Below are positions 1 to 12,968 of a DNA stretch of 64,000 nucleotides, piece by piece. Both the position numbers and the translations under genes were made by a program. Every line of letters begins with the position of its first letter. Within the stretch, counting starts at the first letter, position 1. The stretch comes from Flaccisagitta enflata (lineage: Eukaryota): positions 24,986,001 to 25,050,000 of the forward strand of contig OZ231126.1 in NCBI GenBank assembly GCA_965153355.1, written 5' to 3'. Below the pieces are notes generated by a model. The model was not told where the DNA came from. It was given only the letters and a program-made list of their open reading frames with translations, and searched no databases.

Positions 1-217
1 GGGAAGAGTAGGATCTTGAGAACAAGACAGTGGGTGAAACTGACTGAGGAATGATGAAAGAGAGGAAAGAAGAAGCAAGGAGTAGGAGGAGGAGGAGAAG
101 GAGGAGGAGGAGGAGAGGGAGAAAAAGAGAAGAAGGAGGCGAGGAAGAGGATAAAATCTTTAGAATGTGAAAAGAAAGTCGTAAAATTCTTTCGGGGTCA
201 CGATTTCCATCCTTGGG

Positions 218-640
218 GCCACCGAGGCGTCGCTCCCACTCTTCCTCTCCATTATCAACACCCCTTCCAATTCATCACCCTCTCTCTTTCACTATCATCT
301 TCCGTTATCACCCCTGTCACTAGTATCGCAACTCTTCCTTAAGACCACCAAGACGTCACTCCCACTCTTCCTCTCCATTATCATCACCCCTCAATTCATC
401 ACCCTCTCTATTTCACTATCATCTTCCGTTATCACCCCTGTCACTAGTATCGCCATTCTTCCTTAAGACCACCAAGGCTCCGCTCCCACTCTTCCTCTCC
501 ATTATCATCACCCCTTCCAATTCATCACCCTATTCTCTTTCACTATCATCTTACGTTATCACCCCTGTCACTAGTATCACCCTTCTTCCTTGACACCACC
601 AAGGCGTCATTCCCTCCCCGCTCCATTATCACCCCATATC
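218..640. repeat. ~125-bp tandem repeat, about 3.5 copies, decaying rightwards
   Basis: ctcccactcttcctctccattatc and cgttatcacccctgtcactagtatc recur from about 231, 357 and 481. Confidence 0.85.
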
Positions 641-1155
641 CAATATCACCCTCCCACTCCCTGTCTCTTCCTACGTTCTCTTCTGTTGCCAGTGGCAACA
701 TGCCACCCCTGTCTCTCCGGAAAGGGCCTCCCTTCATCTTCAACTATCAGTCTATCACCCCTGTTACCAGTCCGATTCTCTCCCTTTCATCAGCATCAAC
801 TTCCATTTTCCGTTTTATACATATCTGCCTCCTCACCTTTCTCGTCACTGTCACTTTAGCTATGGTCATTCTTAAATCCATTGCTGTAAACACCATCCTT
901 TTCACCTTTCTTAAAAACACTCAACACCAACCTCCCAACTTGAACCAGATCATCCCAACAACCCATCACCCACAACCCACAACCCATCACCCTTGTCGGC
1001 TTTGGATATATATTCTGCGATCTGGTTTGTTTCTCTCCTCTGTATTTCTTTTACACTCTTTTCAAAAAGTATTTCACGCGCTGAGATATCTTTCAAATTT
1101 CCCTCGGGACTAAATTCTATCCGTCATTCCATTCTCACACGTCTCTCTCTCTCTC

Positions 1156-1259
<104 letters not shown>

Positions 1260-1310
1260 ATCTCTGTTTCCCACTTCTTTTCGTTCTCAACATTCTTTTT
1301 TTCCTTCCCT

Positions 1311-2555
1311 TTTTTGGGCAGCGGCCCCGAAGGGGACAAAGTCCTGTAGAACACAGGGGGACTTTTGTTTTTGGGCAGCGGCCCTGAAGGGGACAAAGTC
1401 CTGTAGAACACAGGGGTACTTTCGTTCGTCCGTCCGTCCATCCGTTTGTTCGTCCATCCCCCCCCATCAGGCCTCTCAGGCCTCAAATCAGGCCTCTCAA
1501 GCCTCTAATCTGGCCTCTCAAGCCTCAATTCCGGCCTCTCAGGCCTTATCTGGCCTTGAAGGCTTCAAATCTGGCCTGCCAGGCCCCACACCTGGCCTTG
1601 CAGGCCTCAAATTAGCCCTCTCAGGCCTCAAATTAGCCCTCTTAGGCCTCAAATTAGCCCTCTCAGGTCTTAGATCTAGCCTCTCAATCCTCAAATCCAG
1701 CCTCTCTAATATGGCCTCTCAGGCCTCAAATCTGGTCTGTCAGGCCTCAAATCCGGCCTGTCACACCTGATGGCCTCAAACCTGGCCTCCTGAGCCTCAA
1801 GCTAGCCTTGGAAAAGCCTTCATACTCTTGAAGGCCTTCAATCAGCTGATTATAGCATCTCATCAACATTTTCAGGCAGGACGAACGAAAGTCCCCCTGT
1901 GTTCTACATGACTTCATCCCCTTCGGGGCCGCTGCCCTGCTACCCCTCACACAAATTCACAATCATGCAAAGCAGGGCAACAGGTATCGCTGACCACATA
2001 TTGCCCTTGGGCGACCTGTTCATTCCATCCGTCCGTCCATCTGTCCGTTTGTCCATCCATCCATCTGTCCATTTGTCCGTTCTCCCATTCGTCCCCCCAG
2101 GCCCTCTCAGACCTGAAATCTCCCCTCTCAGGACTGAAATTTACCCCCTCAGGCCTGAAATCTGCCCTCTCCGGCTTTGAATCTGCTTTCTCAGGCCTGA
2201 AATCTGCCCTCTCAGGCCTGCAATCGGTCCCCTCGGGCCTGAAATCTGTCCTCTCGGGCCTGAAATCTGCCCTAGCAGATTCAAGGCCTGAGAGGGCAAA
2301 TTTCAGGCCTGAGAGGGTAAATTTCAGGCCTAAGGCTAAGAGAACAGATTTCAGGTCTGAGAGGGCCTGGGGGGAACAGACGGATGGACAAATGGATGGA
2401 CGGACGGATGGAATGACGAACGAGAGTCCCCCTGTGTTCTACAGGACTTTGTCCCCTTTGGGGCTGCTGCCCTGCTTCCTCTCACTCCATTTCACAATCA
2501 CGCAAAGCAGGGCAACGGGTATCGCTGACCACATCTTGCCCTTGGGCGACCTGTT
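1311..2555 (+). mobile_element. Family B HINE-like element containing a second family B copy (1370-2020)
   Basis: Two heads GGGCAGCGGCCC.GAAGGGGACAAAGTCCTGTAGAACACAGGGG and two tails GGTATCGCTGACCAC...GCCCTTGGGCGACCTGTT. Internal 21-bp repeats and GTCC microsatellite. Confidence 0.85.
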
Positions 2556-3530
2556 TTTTCGTTTTTATCTTTTTTTATTCCCAGCCTTAAGTTATTTAAA
2601 ACTTTTGACCTTCGACACGTTTAGAGGGACATTACTCTGGACATTGCTCTCTGCTGCTTTCGTTAGCCAAAGCGCAGTAGGAAAAAATGAGTTGAAGGTT
2701 CTGGTGAAAAAGGGTGAGAAGTGCCGCGGGGAGGCGCTCAAAGAAAACTCGAATTCGTTCCAACGTTTGTTTGGTAAGACGGTAGCCGGTTAATACATGA
2801 AGCGAATTGGTAAAAGCCCCAGCGCACATCACAATGTGTCACTTGATCTCCCTAAAAGGTACATGTACTCCACTCAGCTCCCTTGTATTTGAATTCAAAA
2901 TGTATAGCGACCACGTCAGTAAATAGTGTAGTCTCTAGTGCGTGTGTTTCCTCGCGGGTATGAAAGTTGGACAAGATTACTACTCAACAATATCTGAAAT
3001 AAGGACAAGAGCGTGATAGACATGATCGCGTACTAGTGAGCGACACTCATGTGCACATGGGTATGCTCACATGCACAGGCATGTGTTGTTCATTGAGTTA
3101 AATCCACACACACATGAGTGTACTCACGTGCACAAACATGCGCGTCAATCAGCGAGAGACACCCACGTGCTTGAGCGTGGGCGCACGCAAGTAGGTCTAG
3201 TCTAGTCTCATCCCGATGACTGACGCTTTTGGCTGAATATTTCATACATAAAACATGATTTTTCGAAGGCGAAATCGCAGAGGGCAAATACGCGTGGAGG
3301 ACGAAAGGAAAGGGGAAAATACGAAGGACGACTCGTAGGGGTTAGGGGTTGAGGTGCTCACGGAGAATAGGGATGAGGGGATGAGGTGGTGAAAGTAAAG
3401 GATTTAGAATTAGAATGAGGGGTTGGAGGATTGCTTGAAACGGAGGAAACTTGACTCTCAAGAGGAGAGTGGGGGGAGCTACTGACAGCAGAAACACTGC
3501 AAGCAAGTTTGGGGTAGCGGACGGCTGGAG

Positions 3531-3647
<117 letters not shown>

Positions 3648-4277
3648 TACTTTTTAAAGTTAATTGAAATCCAAGAACGAATATCTAAAGGAAAGATTGG
3701 TAGGTAAATGGAAAGTGGGGACAGTTCTTTTCGAATGTCTCAAATTGTCAAAATTTTCATATTGATCGCCAGACACCAAAGAAAGTCACTAAGTCAGTTG
3801 TCAAAAAAGTCAAAAACGATCAACAGACACCAGAATAAATCGCTCAATTGGATGACATTTCAAACGATTGATATCCCTCATTTGCCTTTTTTAGGACACC
3901 ATTTTCATAACAATATTTGATTTCTAATCTTTGTTGAATTTCTTATGACGTATACTTTTTTTTAGCACCTGACGCGTTGGCATCTGTTTAAAACAGGTCT
4001 TGAGCCTTTTTTTTTCTTACGTCTTTTTTTCAAATTGACACTATTTTTAGTAAAGGACTCGTATGTTTTCAGTAGCAAATCTACGGCCTCATGAATAAGA
4101 ATATCGGTAGCTATTTACATAAACGTCCTGAAGAAAGAAATTGAAGGAATAAATCAAACAATAAAAATTCTGATAATCTTCATAAGGAAGAAAAAAATTG
4201 TGCAAAAGGAAGCATCCAAAATTAACTAAAAAGTGAAGGCGTGAAACAAAATTCTAAATTTGGTGAAATTGTGGGCG

Positions 4278-4351
<74 letters not shown>

Positions 4352-6111
4352 GAGGAACAGAATCCGAGTAAGATGTGTGCTCTAAGCTGTGTGTGGGAGG
4401 AAATTATGGTCTAGACGAAAAAGGCAAGTTAGGGTTTCCACGGGCGTTGTTTGTGGGTGTTGAAGCAGGTGTAGGTGTTAACATGGGTGTGAGGGTTGAT
4501 TAGGCCTCAGTGGGTGTTAATGTGGACATCAGTATGGGTATGAGGTGGGTACGAGTGTTGATGTGGTGATACACGTCGTTGTGGTTGTGATCGTTTATGC
4601 GGCTATGAGTTTTCAAATATATATGGTTGTTGAGTCACTCAGGTGTGCCAAATAGGGGTGATGACCGATTTCGACATCGTAACACTAACTCACTATGGGT
4701 AGGCATGGAATTTTAAGCTAAAAACGCATAGCAACAGTGAAAGATTCGGATAAGTGATTGAGGGGCTGTCTTAACTTGCTGTGTGTAAGTGGACAATGCT
4801 TGGTTCAAAGTAAAACATACTGCGCTTTTGAGTTTTAAATGTATACTATTATCATAAATTCCTCAACGATCAAGAGACCGCAGCTTGTTTTAAAATCCTC
4901 TGCCGCTACTCCTGATGCTGCCGATGCATTGTTCATATGTTTTTTGCGTTTTCTGCCTTGTGTCACTAGAGGGCCGCTAAAACAGAGATCAAGAGGAAGG
5001 CAGAAGAACAACTTTTGCTAGTAATTTCTTTGCAGATGATGACAAAGGCACAGGCGCTTTATGATTTTCGATATAACAAGGTGAAATTGGCGTCTTAACT
5101 GAAAGTTAAGACAGCTTATGGCCCCCCGAGGTGCCCTGAATCCTGGGATTCTCGCCATATTGCATGCCTACTATGGGGATATTGATTTCAAGACGATCGC
5201 CGTTTTCCTTTTTTCAAAATTCGATAGGGGTTTTGAAAATATGGAAAATAAGTGAAACATGAAAAAAGAAAAACGGTGAAGGTCTTTAAATTAAAAGCTC
5301 CATGTTGTCCTAGTGTTACATCTCCATAGGTTAATGTTTTGCATATTGGCACACCCGATTGAGTCACTGTTGTAGTATGTATGACTGCTGACGTGGATGG
5401 AGCTGCTGATGTGTTTCTTATTACACCACGGCGCCTGCTGAAAAAAGATTCTACATCACTCGCACTGTCCTTCCCACCAGATCGCGGTATTGTATTTGGC
5501 CTTGACCAATCGTTTTTGTTTTGGGGACGAGAATGTTTAGTCCGAAAACAGGCGCGTAAACTGAATGTTTTGTTACGGTTTGTATGAGTAAACAGCTAGA
5601 ATTTTGGCTTTCGCTTTGCCGGCATCCCTGTTGAGTGTGATTACGGTAAGCGTGAATTAGATTGACATTCAAACAGCTTCTCATGGGTGTAGTGAGGGAT
5701 ATTGTTCCACTTGTCATACTGTATTCAAGACGTATCGGGATAAAGTATTCATGATTGTTTAGATTCCCACCCCGGCCAAAGCTTAATTCCCACAGTGTTT
5801 TGTATACGACACTAATTTTATCGTTTTCAATAGTTGACATAATTTTCACATGTGTCACTTTCTGACCTGTTTCTCACCGTTACTTCACCAAATCCATAAC
5901 CTCACAATGGAAATGGGTCAAAAACGGAAAAAGACCGTAATAATAATAGAATCAACGGAAAGAAATATTTGTTCTTTTCGAGGAATCTAGAAGACTAGAA
6001 GCGAAGAGTGATGTTCAGTTGCGAAAGTTAAGAAGGGACAGTGATACTCATTCTATCTTTCTCATTGGGTAGGGGCAAGAAAAAAAATTCGTTATGAAGG
6101 AAACAGCCCTT

Positions 6112-6275
6112 AACAAGGACGGATACACGGTAATAGAGTCGCGGACGATTGGGCAGGAGCAGTAATGCGAAAACCGCTCGCAATTTTAGAAATATTTCGG
6201 ACGGATGGACGGACGGACGGGCGGATTTACCGACCGACACGGCAAGGTGAAGAGTCGCGTTTCCGCGACTAAAAA
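6112..6275 (-). mobile_element. Family A short HINE/DINE-like element
   Basis: AACAAGG.CGGATACACGG ... GGGCAGG ... (GGAC)n ... GAGTCGCGTTTCCGCGACTAAAAA hairpin plus A-run. Confidence 0.8.
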
Positions 6276-7491
6276 CAATGAGTTACCGTCGCGGATGAAG
6301 CGACAGAGCCGCGGGCCGCCCGGAGCTGAGGAAAGACAGCGGGACTTTTAAAATCGTGCGCACGCGATTCACAAACAAGGTCACACACATGACAAGCATA
6401 TTGCCTTGTGAGGCAAGTGCAATGAAGTGGGCAGCAGTTAGGAAGCTAAAATTCAGTTGTCCAATCAAGTACCTTGGCGGTGTAACAATTGCTTCACGTC
6501 ATGCCGTCACTCTCAACATCTATCTTGAGGCAATATCGCATCAAATCAAGGAGTACAGGAATGAGAGAATTGTGCATTTACGGATGGACAGGCAGAGTGG
6601 AGACACATCTAGAATGGACAAACTGCCAACCAAATAGAGATTCGCGCACGTGAGTAGTTAGAAGGGCGAAGAAAAGCACTCAGAGAAAATTCTCAGGGGT
6701 TGAAAAGTGCGGCTTGGCGATATATCAGAATGAATGATGCAAAAGGAGAAATTTAAGACCAACAAATCGAGATTCAAGCTGACAACTACGAGCCAATTTC
6801 AAACACAAATCGACCAACACTTATTTTGCTTTCTCCTTTGTCTTCGAAGAATTGAAAAGGAACAAGTCATCCAAGAATAACATAAATAACAGAATAACAG
6901 AATAACAGAAATTGGATATGTTAAAATATTCTAAGGAGAACTAAATTCTTTTCTAAATATGGCAAAGTACTTTATACCCCTTCATGGTGACCTATCATCC
7001 CATGATATATCTTCTTGAAGATGAATTCCTATTCCTCCAATCATTAAGATTTCCCTTTAACACAAAATAGTATAAATTGTCCATATTCCCACCCCCATAG
7101 TTTAATTGAAAGGAGGGGTAACAGCTAGGGAGTCGGATCCCCATAGCTCCTTCTTTTCAATTAGATTTAACCTTCGCTGAATTGACTATCCCTGTCAATG
7201 CCAGAAGTCAGCATTAACATTTATACCCTAACCTAATAGCTATAATGAAAAATCATAATTGTTTGAGAGATAAGACAAAAGTCTTGTTTTCTGCATAAAA
7301 ATTACTTATCCAAAGGTTTTGAATTTCAGTAACCACTAAATTTAGGTCGTACCTAAAATTGGATATGTAAGTATATGAGTGGAAGCATATACTATACAGA
7401 AATGAGTAGCTTTTGAATGTTTTATTTTACTTTTATATGTTAAGTTTATTTCTCAAAAACGTTTTCCTAAAGTTTTTTGTAAGATACTTTT

Positions 7492-7914
7492 TGTTGCACA
7501 TTTCATATGGTCAGCGGTACCCGATGCCCTACTCAGAGTGATAAAGGGAAAGTTGAGAGTAAGCAGGGCAGCGGCTAATGTCCTGTAAGACACAGGCTTG
7601 GATTTTTTTTGTTAATCTAACAAGTTATCTGATGGGAATTTTTGCAATTTTATCATTTTTTATCTGTTTTTCATGTTATTTAATTGAGATTTTTGCATGA
7701 TTTCATTTTTTATCAATTTTCCATGCTATTCATTGGGGATTATTCCATTTTTCTATTTTTTGACCATTTTGCATATCATTCAATGGGGATTGAGGTTTCT
7801 GGCCTGAGGAGGTGGGGGGGGGGGCGGATGTATGAATGTACGTATGGATGTACTTACGAAATTTGCCCCCTGTGTCCGACAGGACATCGGTCCTTTGGGG
7901 CCGCCACCCAAAAA
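7492..7914 (-). mobile_element. Degenerate family B HINE-like element
   Basis: TGGTCAGCGGTACCCGATGCCCT ... CAGGACATCGGTCCTTTGGGGCCGCCACCCAAAAA. Confidence 0.7.
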
Positions 7915-7952
7915 GGATATCCTTTAGTCACAATTAGTGAAGTAGTAATGGT

Positions 7953-7953
<1 letters not shown>

Positions 7954-8020
<67 letters not shown>

Positions 8021-8037
8021 AGAAAGAAAGACAGAAA

Positions 8038-8119
<82 letters not shown>

Positions 8120-8221
8120 AAAAAAGAAAGAAAGAAAGAAAGAAAGAAAGAAAAAGAAAAAAAGAAAGACTGAAAGAAAGAAAGAAAGAAGGGAAGAATT
8201 AAAGGAAGAAAGCAAGAAAGC

Positions 8222-8289
<68 letters not shown>

Positions 8290-8290
8290 A
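7954..8290. repeat. (GAAA)n microsatellite
   Basis: Direct reading. Confidence 0.97.
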
Positions 8291-10134
8291 TGAACGAAAG
8301 GAACATACCAGTAATGGCGGCTGTCGCCGTGAGGGAAAAAGTCGTGAACGTTGGTCTTTTTTCACTAATCTTTTATCTTCAGTCCCTGCATTTTTTTTAT
8401 TTGTTAGATCAAATCAGGAGCAATTGTATGTATTGATTGCATTGAAAATCAGAGAAAAATAGAACTGAGCCAAATGAGCTAGATGAGGTAAAATACTCAA
8501 ATGCTTTCTTGTATTTGCATGGTCAATTTAACATTTATTCATCCTAATTAAAATCAGAAAAAAAAATTATGCTAAGTGAACTAAGCTGAGCTAGAATACT
8601 TCAAAACACCTGCACAGATGAGCAGCTCTGCTCACTGACATGCTCTCTTATATCTGCTTTTTCAAGCAAGTATCAAAATATTTATTCATTTATTGCATTT
8701 AAAATCAGAAAAAAAGACTGAGCTAAATGAGCTAAATGAGCTAAAATGCTCAAAAACACCCACACAGATGAGCAGCTTGCTCATAAATATGTTTTCTAGT
8801 ATTTCTATGCTCAAACAAACATAAATACACTCCTTTGTTGATCCTGCTTAAGATAATAAAAAGTCGGAAAAAAATCAATTTAAATCTTTTGTAAATTGAT
8901 TTTTAAAAATTCACAACGCAAAAAATATTTGTCGAAGAGCATTCTGCTTGGCGGCATATGAAAGAGAAATATCAAATTTACTTACCCTCTAGTTTTCATT
9001 GGAGGCCCCAATCAGCCTTCTGAGTTCCTCAACTTTCGCATAAGAAAATCAAGACCCTGTTTCTCTCGAATATGTCAAAAAGTCGAAGACTGACTGAGAC
9101 AATTTTCCCGATCACTCAACGGAATGTCATGTCTGTAGGACTAGCACAGTCCATCAAATCCCACCCTGATGGGAAAAAAACACCTAGAGCCACTTGATCC
9201 CACTCAACCTACCTACACACAGTCCATCAAATCCCAACCTGATAGAAAAAAAAAACACCTAACGCCGCTTGATCCCACTCCACACTTATTTTTTTCCCCT
9301 GATTTTTGTTATCTATGGTAGAATGGTGACAACGATATGACGATTCCATCATTAGGGTCGTTTTTCATCGCGAAATCACTATGACACTCAAGAGACACAT
9401 GCTACACCGTCATGCACACTTTTCGGACAAATTATGATTAACTTCGGAGAAGTTTAAAAGGGGGACTAGCTCATTGTCTTTTTTTTCTCCCGCCTTAACC
9501 GTAGATAGCTAAGATACCAAACCTAGTGTACCTGACGTTAAATTTGTTGCGCTTTCTATCATTATGATCCCTAAAGAGTTTTGCCAAAGCAGTTAGTCAT
9601 TATCAAGTTTTTAGTCCGACGAAAAACTTCTTCTGATCGGTTTCGTGCAACGCTCAAACCGGCTCAAAATAATTTTGAATTAAGGTTTCAGGTTCAGCTC
9701 TTTTATTTGTTGCCGTTTTATTCGTTTGGGTGGGAAAAGGTGGGAAGTTGATTTTTTTTTCACTTTTTTGTCCGTCGTCGATTGTGATTTTGAGCTCAGG
9801 TGGCTCTTCTTTGGTGCTTTTTTACCAGGTGATTCTAAGTTGTTATGTTTTCTGGCTAAGAAATTTCCTGTTCCCTATTGGGCAGTAGCTGGTTACCGTT
9901 TGCTCATGTATGTTGAGAGGTGTTAAACTTGGCGGGTAAACTATTTTGATAAAATTCAATGTTGCGATTTTCTTTCGGCAGGAAAGAATTAAAAAGAAAG
10001 TAACAGGGAACAAAGAAACAAAGAAAAGAACACTTGAATAAAAACAAGTACCCCGGGGGTACAACGATGTGTCCACATGCGGCTTAGCTCGTGAATGACA
10101 TTCTTACTAAAATTGATAAGCTCAGACAGACAAA

Positions 10135-10203
<69 letters not shown>

Positions 10204-10456
10204 AACATTGCATCAGCCAATTATCAGAACCTGAAATGATGAAATCGACTTTGCGATTGTTTGCTATCGTTTTCAACTCTAGTGTGACACACCGACGGAC
10301 GGACCGACGGACCAACGGATGGACAAAGCCTTTTAAAGAGATGCGTGGACGCATCTAAAAATGTAAAGTAAGAAAGAAAAGAAGAATGAGAAAGGAATAA
10401 AACAAATGAAACAAACGAAAGAAAAGAAAGAAAAAAAGACTAGAAAAAAAGAAAAG

Positions 10457-10626
10457 AACAAGGCCGGATACACGGCCAATACCAGTCGCGGACGGGTGGG
10501 CAGGGGCGGAAATGCGTGTTTTCCCACTTTCCGACTCGATCACCACGGACCAACCAACCGTCCAACCAACCAACCGACGGACGGACGGACAAAGCCTCTT
10601 ATAGAGTCGCTAGTCTCGACTAAAAA
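10457..10626 (-). mobile_element. Family A short HINE-like element
   Basis: Same termini and (GACC/AACC)n core. Confidence 0.8.
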
Positions 10627-10630
10627 CTAG

Positions 10631-11209
10631 AAAACTAGTCATCCAAGGATCGCACATGGTCAGCGGTACCCGATGCCCTGCTGGTAGTGATCCAGTGAAG
10701 AGGTGGAGTGAGAGCTGGGCAGCGGCCCCAAAGGGCCGATGTCCTGTAGAACAAAGAGGGGAATTTCGAGACGTCCGTCCGTCCTGAGGGGGCATATTTC
10801 AGCTTTTAGATGGCTGATTCAGGGCACTGGGGGCATATCTCTGGGCTGGAGGGCAGAATCAAGGCTTAAAGAGCAGATTTGAGGTTTGCAGGGCTGATTT
10901 GATGCCTGTAAGGCTGATTGAAGGTCTGGAGGGCAGATTTGAGGTCTGGAGGGTGGATTTGAGGCATGGGGGAGGCTAATTTCAAGTTATGAGGGCTGAT
11001 TTGAGGCCTGGGAGGGCTAAAGAGGGCTAATTTTAGGCCCTGGAGAGCTAATTTGAGGCCCGGGAGGGCTAGTTTTAAGCCTTGTTGCTCAATGGGGGGG
11101 GGACGGACGGACGGAAGGACGGACGGAAGGATGGACGGACGGACAGACGTCTCAAAATTCCCCCCTGTGTTCTACAGGACATCGGCCCTTTGGGGCCGCT
11201 GCCCAAAAA
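10631..11209 (-). mobile_element. Family B HINE-like element
   Basis: Conserved ends, ~45-bp subterminal inverted repeat, degenerate 21-bp repeats, GGAC microsatellite. Confidence 0.85.
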
Positions 11210-11844
11210 GGAAGGATACACGGCAATCTAGTCGTTGATAGTTGGGCAGGGGTCATAAAAAGACATAATGAAATAATCGCTCGCAATTCAATGATATTTG
11301 TTACCTACCGACCGACACAGCGAGGTGTAGAGTCGCTTGTCCGCGACTAAAAAGAAAACAAGACCAAGTTGGCCATTAAGGCGTACCCTGTAGATTGTCT
11401 AACGTTCGCGTTACCGACCAACGAACTGACGGACACAGCAAGCAAAAGACGTGCGTTGGCGCACTTATACCTACCTTAAAAGAAAAGTATGAAAAGAATG
11501 AAAAGAAAATGAAAGAAAAAAGAAGAGAAAGAAAAAGAAAAGAAAGAAGAGAAAGGAAAGAATGAGAAGCGAAAGAAGAGGAAGAAGAGAAAGAAACGAA
11601 AGAAAAGAAAGAAAGAAAAGAAAAGGAAGAGATGAAAGAAAAGAAAAGGAAGAGATGAAAGAAAAGAAAGAAAAGAAAAAAAAGAAAAAAAGAAAAAAAA
11701 GAAGGATAAGAAAAGAAAGAAAAGAAAGAAAAGAAAGAAAAGAAAGAAAAGAAAGAAAAGAAAGAAAAGAACGAAAGGATAGAAAAGGGGTGAGGAAGAA
11801 AAAAAAAAGAAAATAAAGCCAAGTCGTGATATGTGGTAGCAATT

Positions 11845-12380
11845 TTTTAGTCTGGTCGCAATTTTAGTGTCTGTGACAGATATTTTGGGTCTATGGTCAT
11901 AATGTTCGAGTGTGTGGCAGCGAATTTTGCATCTGTGGTTGTGATTTTAGTGCCTGTGGTCTTAACTAAAATGAATACGTGGTCGCGACTTTTGAGTCTG
12001 TGATCGCCATTTTTAAATTTGTGGATGCGTTGATGGCCTGTGATCATGTTTATCAAGTCTGTGGTCGCCAATGTAGAGTATGCGGTCGCAATTATCAAGT
12101 CTTCGGTTGTGGTTATCTAGTCTGTGGTCGCTGTTTACAAGATTTTGGTCGCATGATCGCAATAATCGAGTCTGTGATCGCAATTACAGAGTGCGGTTGC
12201 GATTATGGAGTCTGTCGTTGCAATTATTGAGTCTGTGGTTACGATCACTGAGTCCGTGGTTGCGATTTTCGGGTCTGTGGTTGTAATTATCGAGTTTGTG
12301 GTCGCAATTATCGAGTCTGTGGTGGCGCTTTTAGGGTCGTGTGGTCATGATTTTCATGTCTGTGGGCATAATTACCACAG
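11845..12380. repeat. Degenerate 21-bp minisatellite (GAGTCTGTGGTCGCAATTATC-like)
   Basis: tgtggtcgc/tgtgatcgc recurs at ~21-bp spacing. Confidence 0.8.
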
Positions 12381-12467
12381 CTTTTATTCATTATCATTTT
12401 TGAATTCTTCATAAAAAGCCGATTCGAATGATATGCTGAAACATATACTTTATCAGTTATTATCTTA

Positions 12468-12968
12468 AAACAGGTCGCCCAAGGGCAATACGTGGTCAGC
12501 GATACCCGTTGCCCTGCTTTGCATGGTGTGAAAATGGAAGCGCAGAGCAGCGGTTGAAGGGGACGAGTCCTGTAGAACACAGGGGATTTTCGTTTGTTCG
12601 TCCGTCCTGTCCTCGTCCGCCCCCAGGCCCTCTCAGGCCTGAAATCCCTCTCAGGCCTAAAATCTGCCTTCTCAGGCCTGAAATCTATCCTCCCAGGCCT
12701 TGAATCTGCGAGTGCAGATTTCAGGCTTGAGAGGGCAGATTTAAGGCCTGAGAGGACAGATTTCAGGCCTGAGAGGGCAGATTCAAGGCCTGAGAGGGCA
12801 GATTTCAGGCCTGAGAGGGCAGATTTTAGGCCTGAGAGGTCAGATTTCAGGCCTGAGAGGGTCTGGGGGGGACGAACGAACGGACGGACGGACGGATGGA
12901 CGGACCAACAAACAAAAGTCCCCTGTGTTCTACAGGACTTCGTCCCCTTTGGGGCCGCTGCCCAAAAA
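12468..12968 (-). mobile_element. Family B HINE-like element
   Basis: AACAGGTCGCCCAAGGGC...; CAGGCCTGAGAGGGCAGATTT 21-mers; ...GGGGCCGCTGCCCAAAAA. Confidence 0.88.

Noticed and set aside
5036-5080. Mini-exon reading MTKAQALYDFRYNK (SH3-like ALYDF)
   Set aside because: No following ELSF/WW exon was found on the same strand, and the donor is weak.
5451-5858. Minus-strand ORF with FGLNILVPKTK, resembling the reverse-transcriptase FGL.I...KTK motif
   Set aside because: There is no YADD/FADD upstream and no FxYLG downstream in frame. It may be a very decayed LINE but is unsupported.
6356-6637. ORF containing IKYLGGVTI (RT thumb-like)
   Set aside because: A single short motif; the surrounding sequence does not fit.
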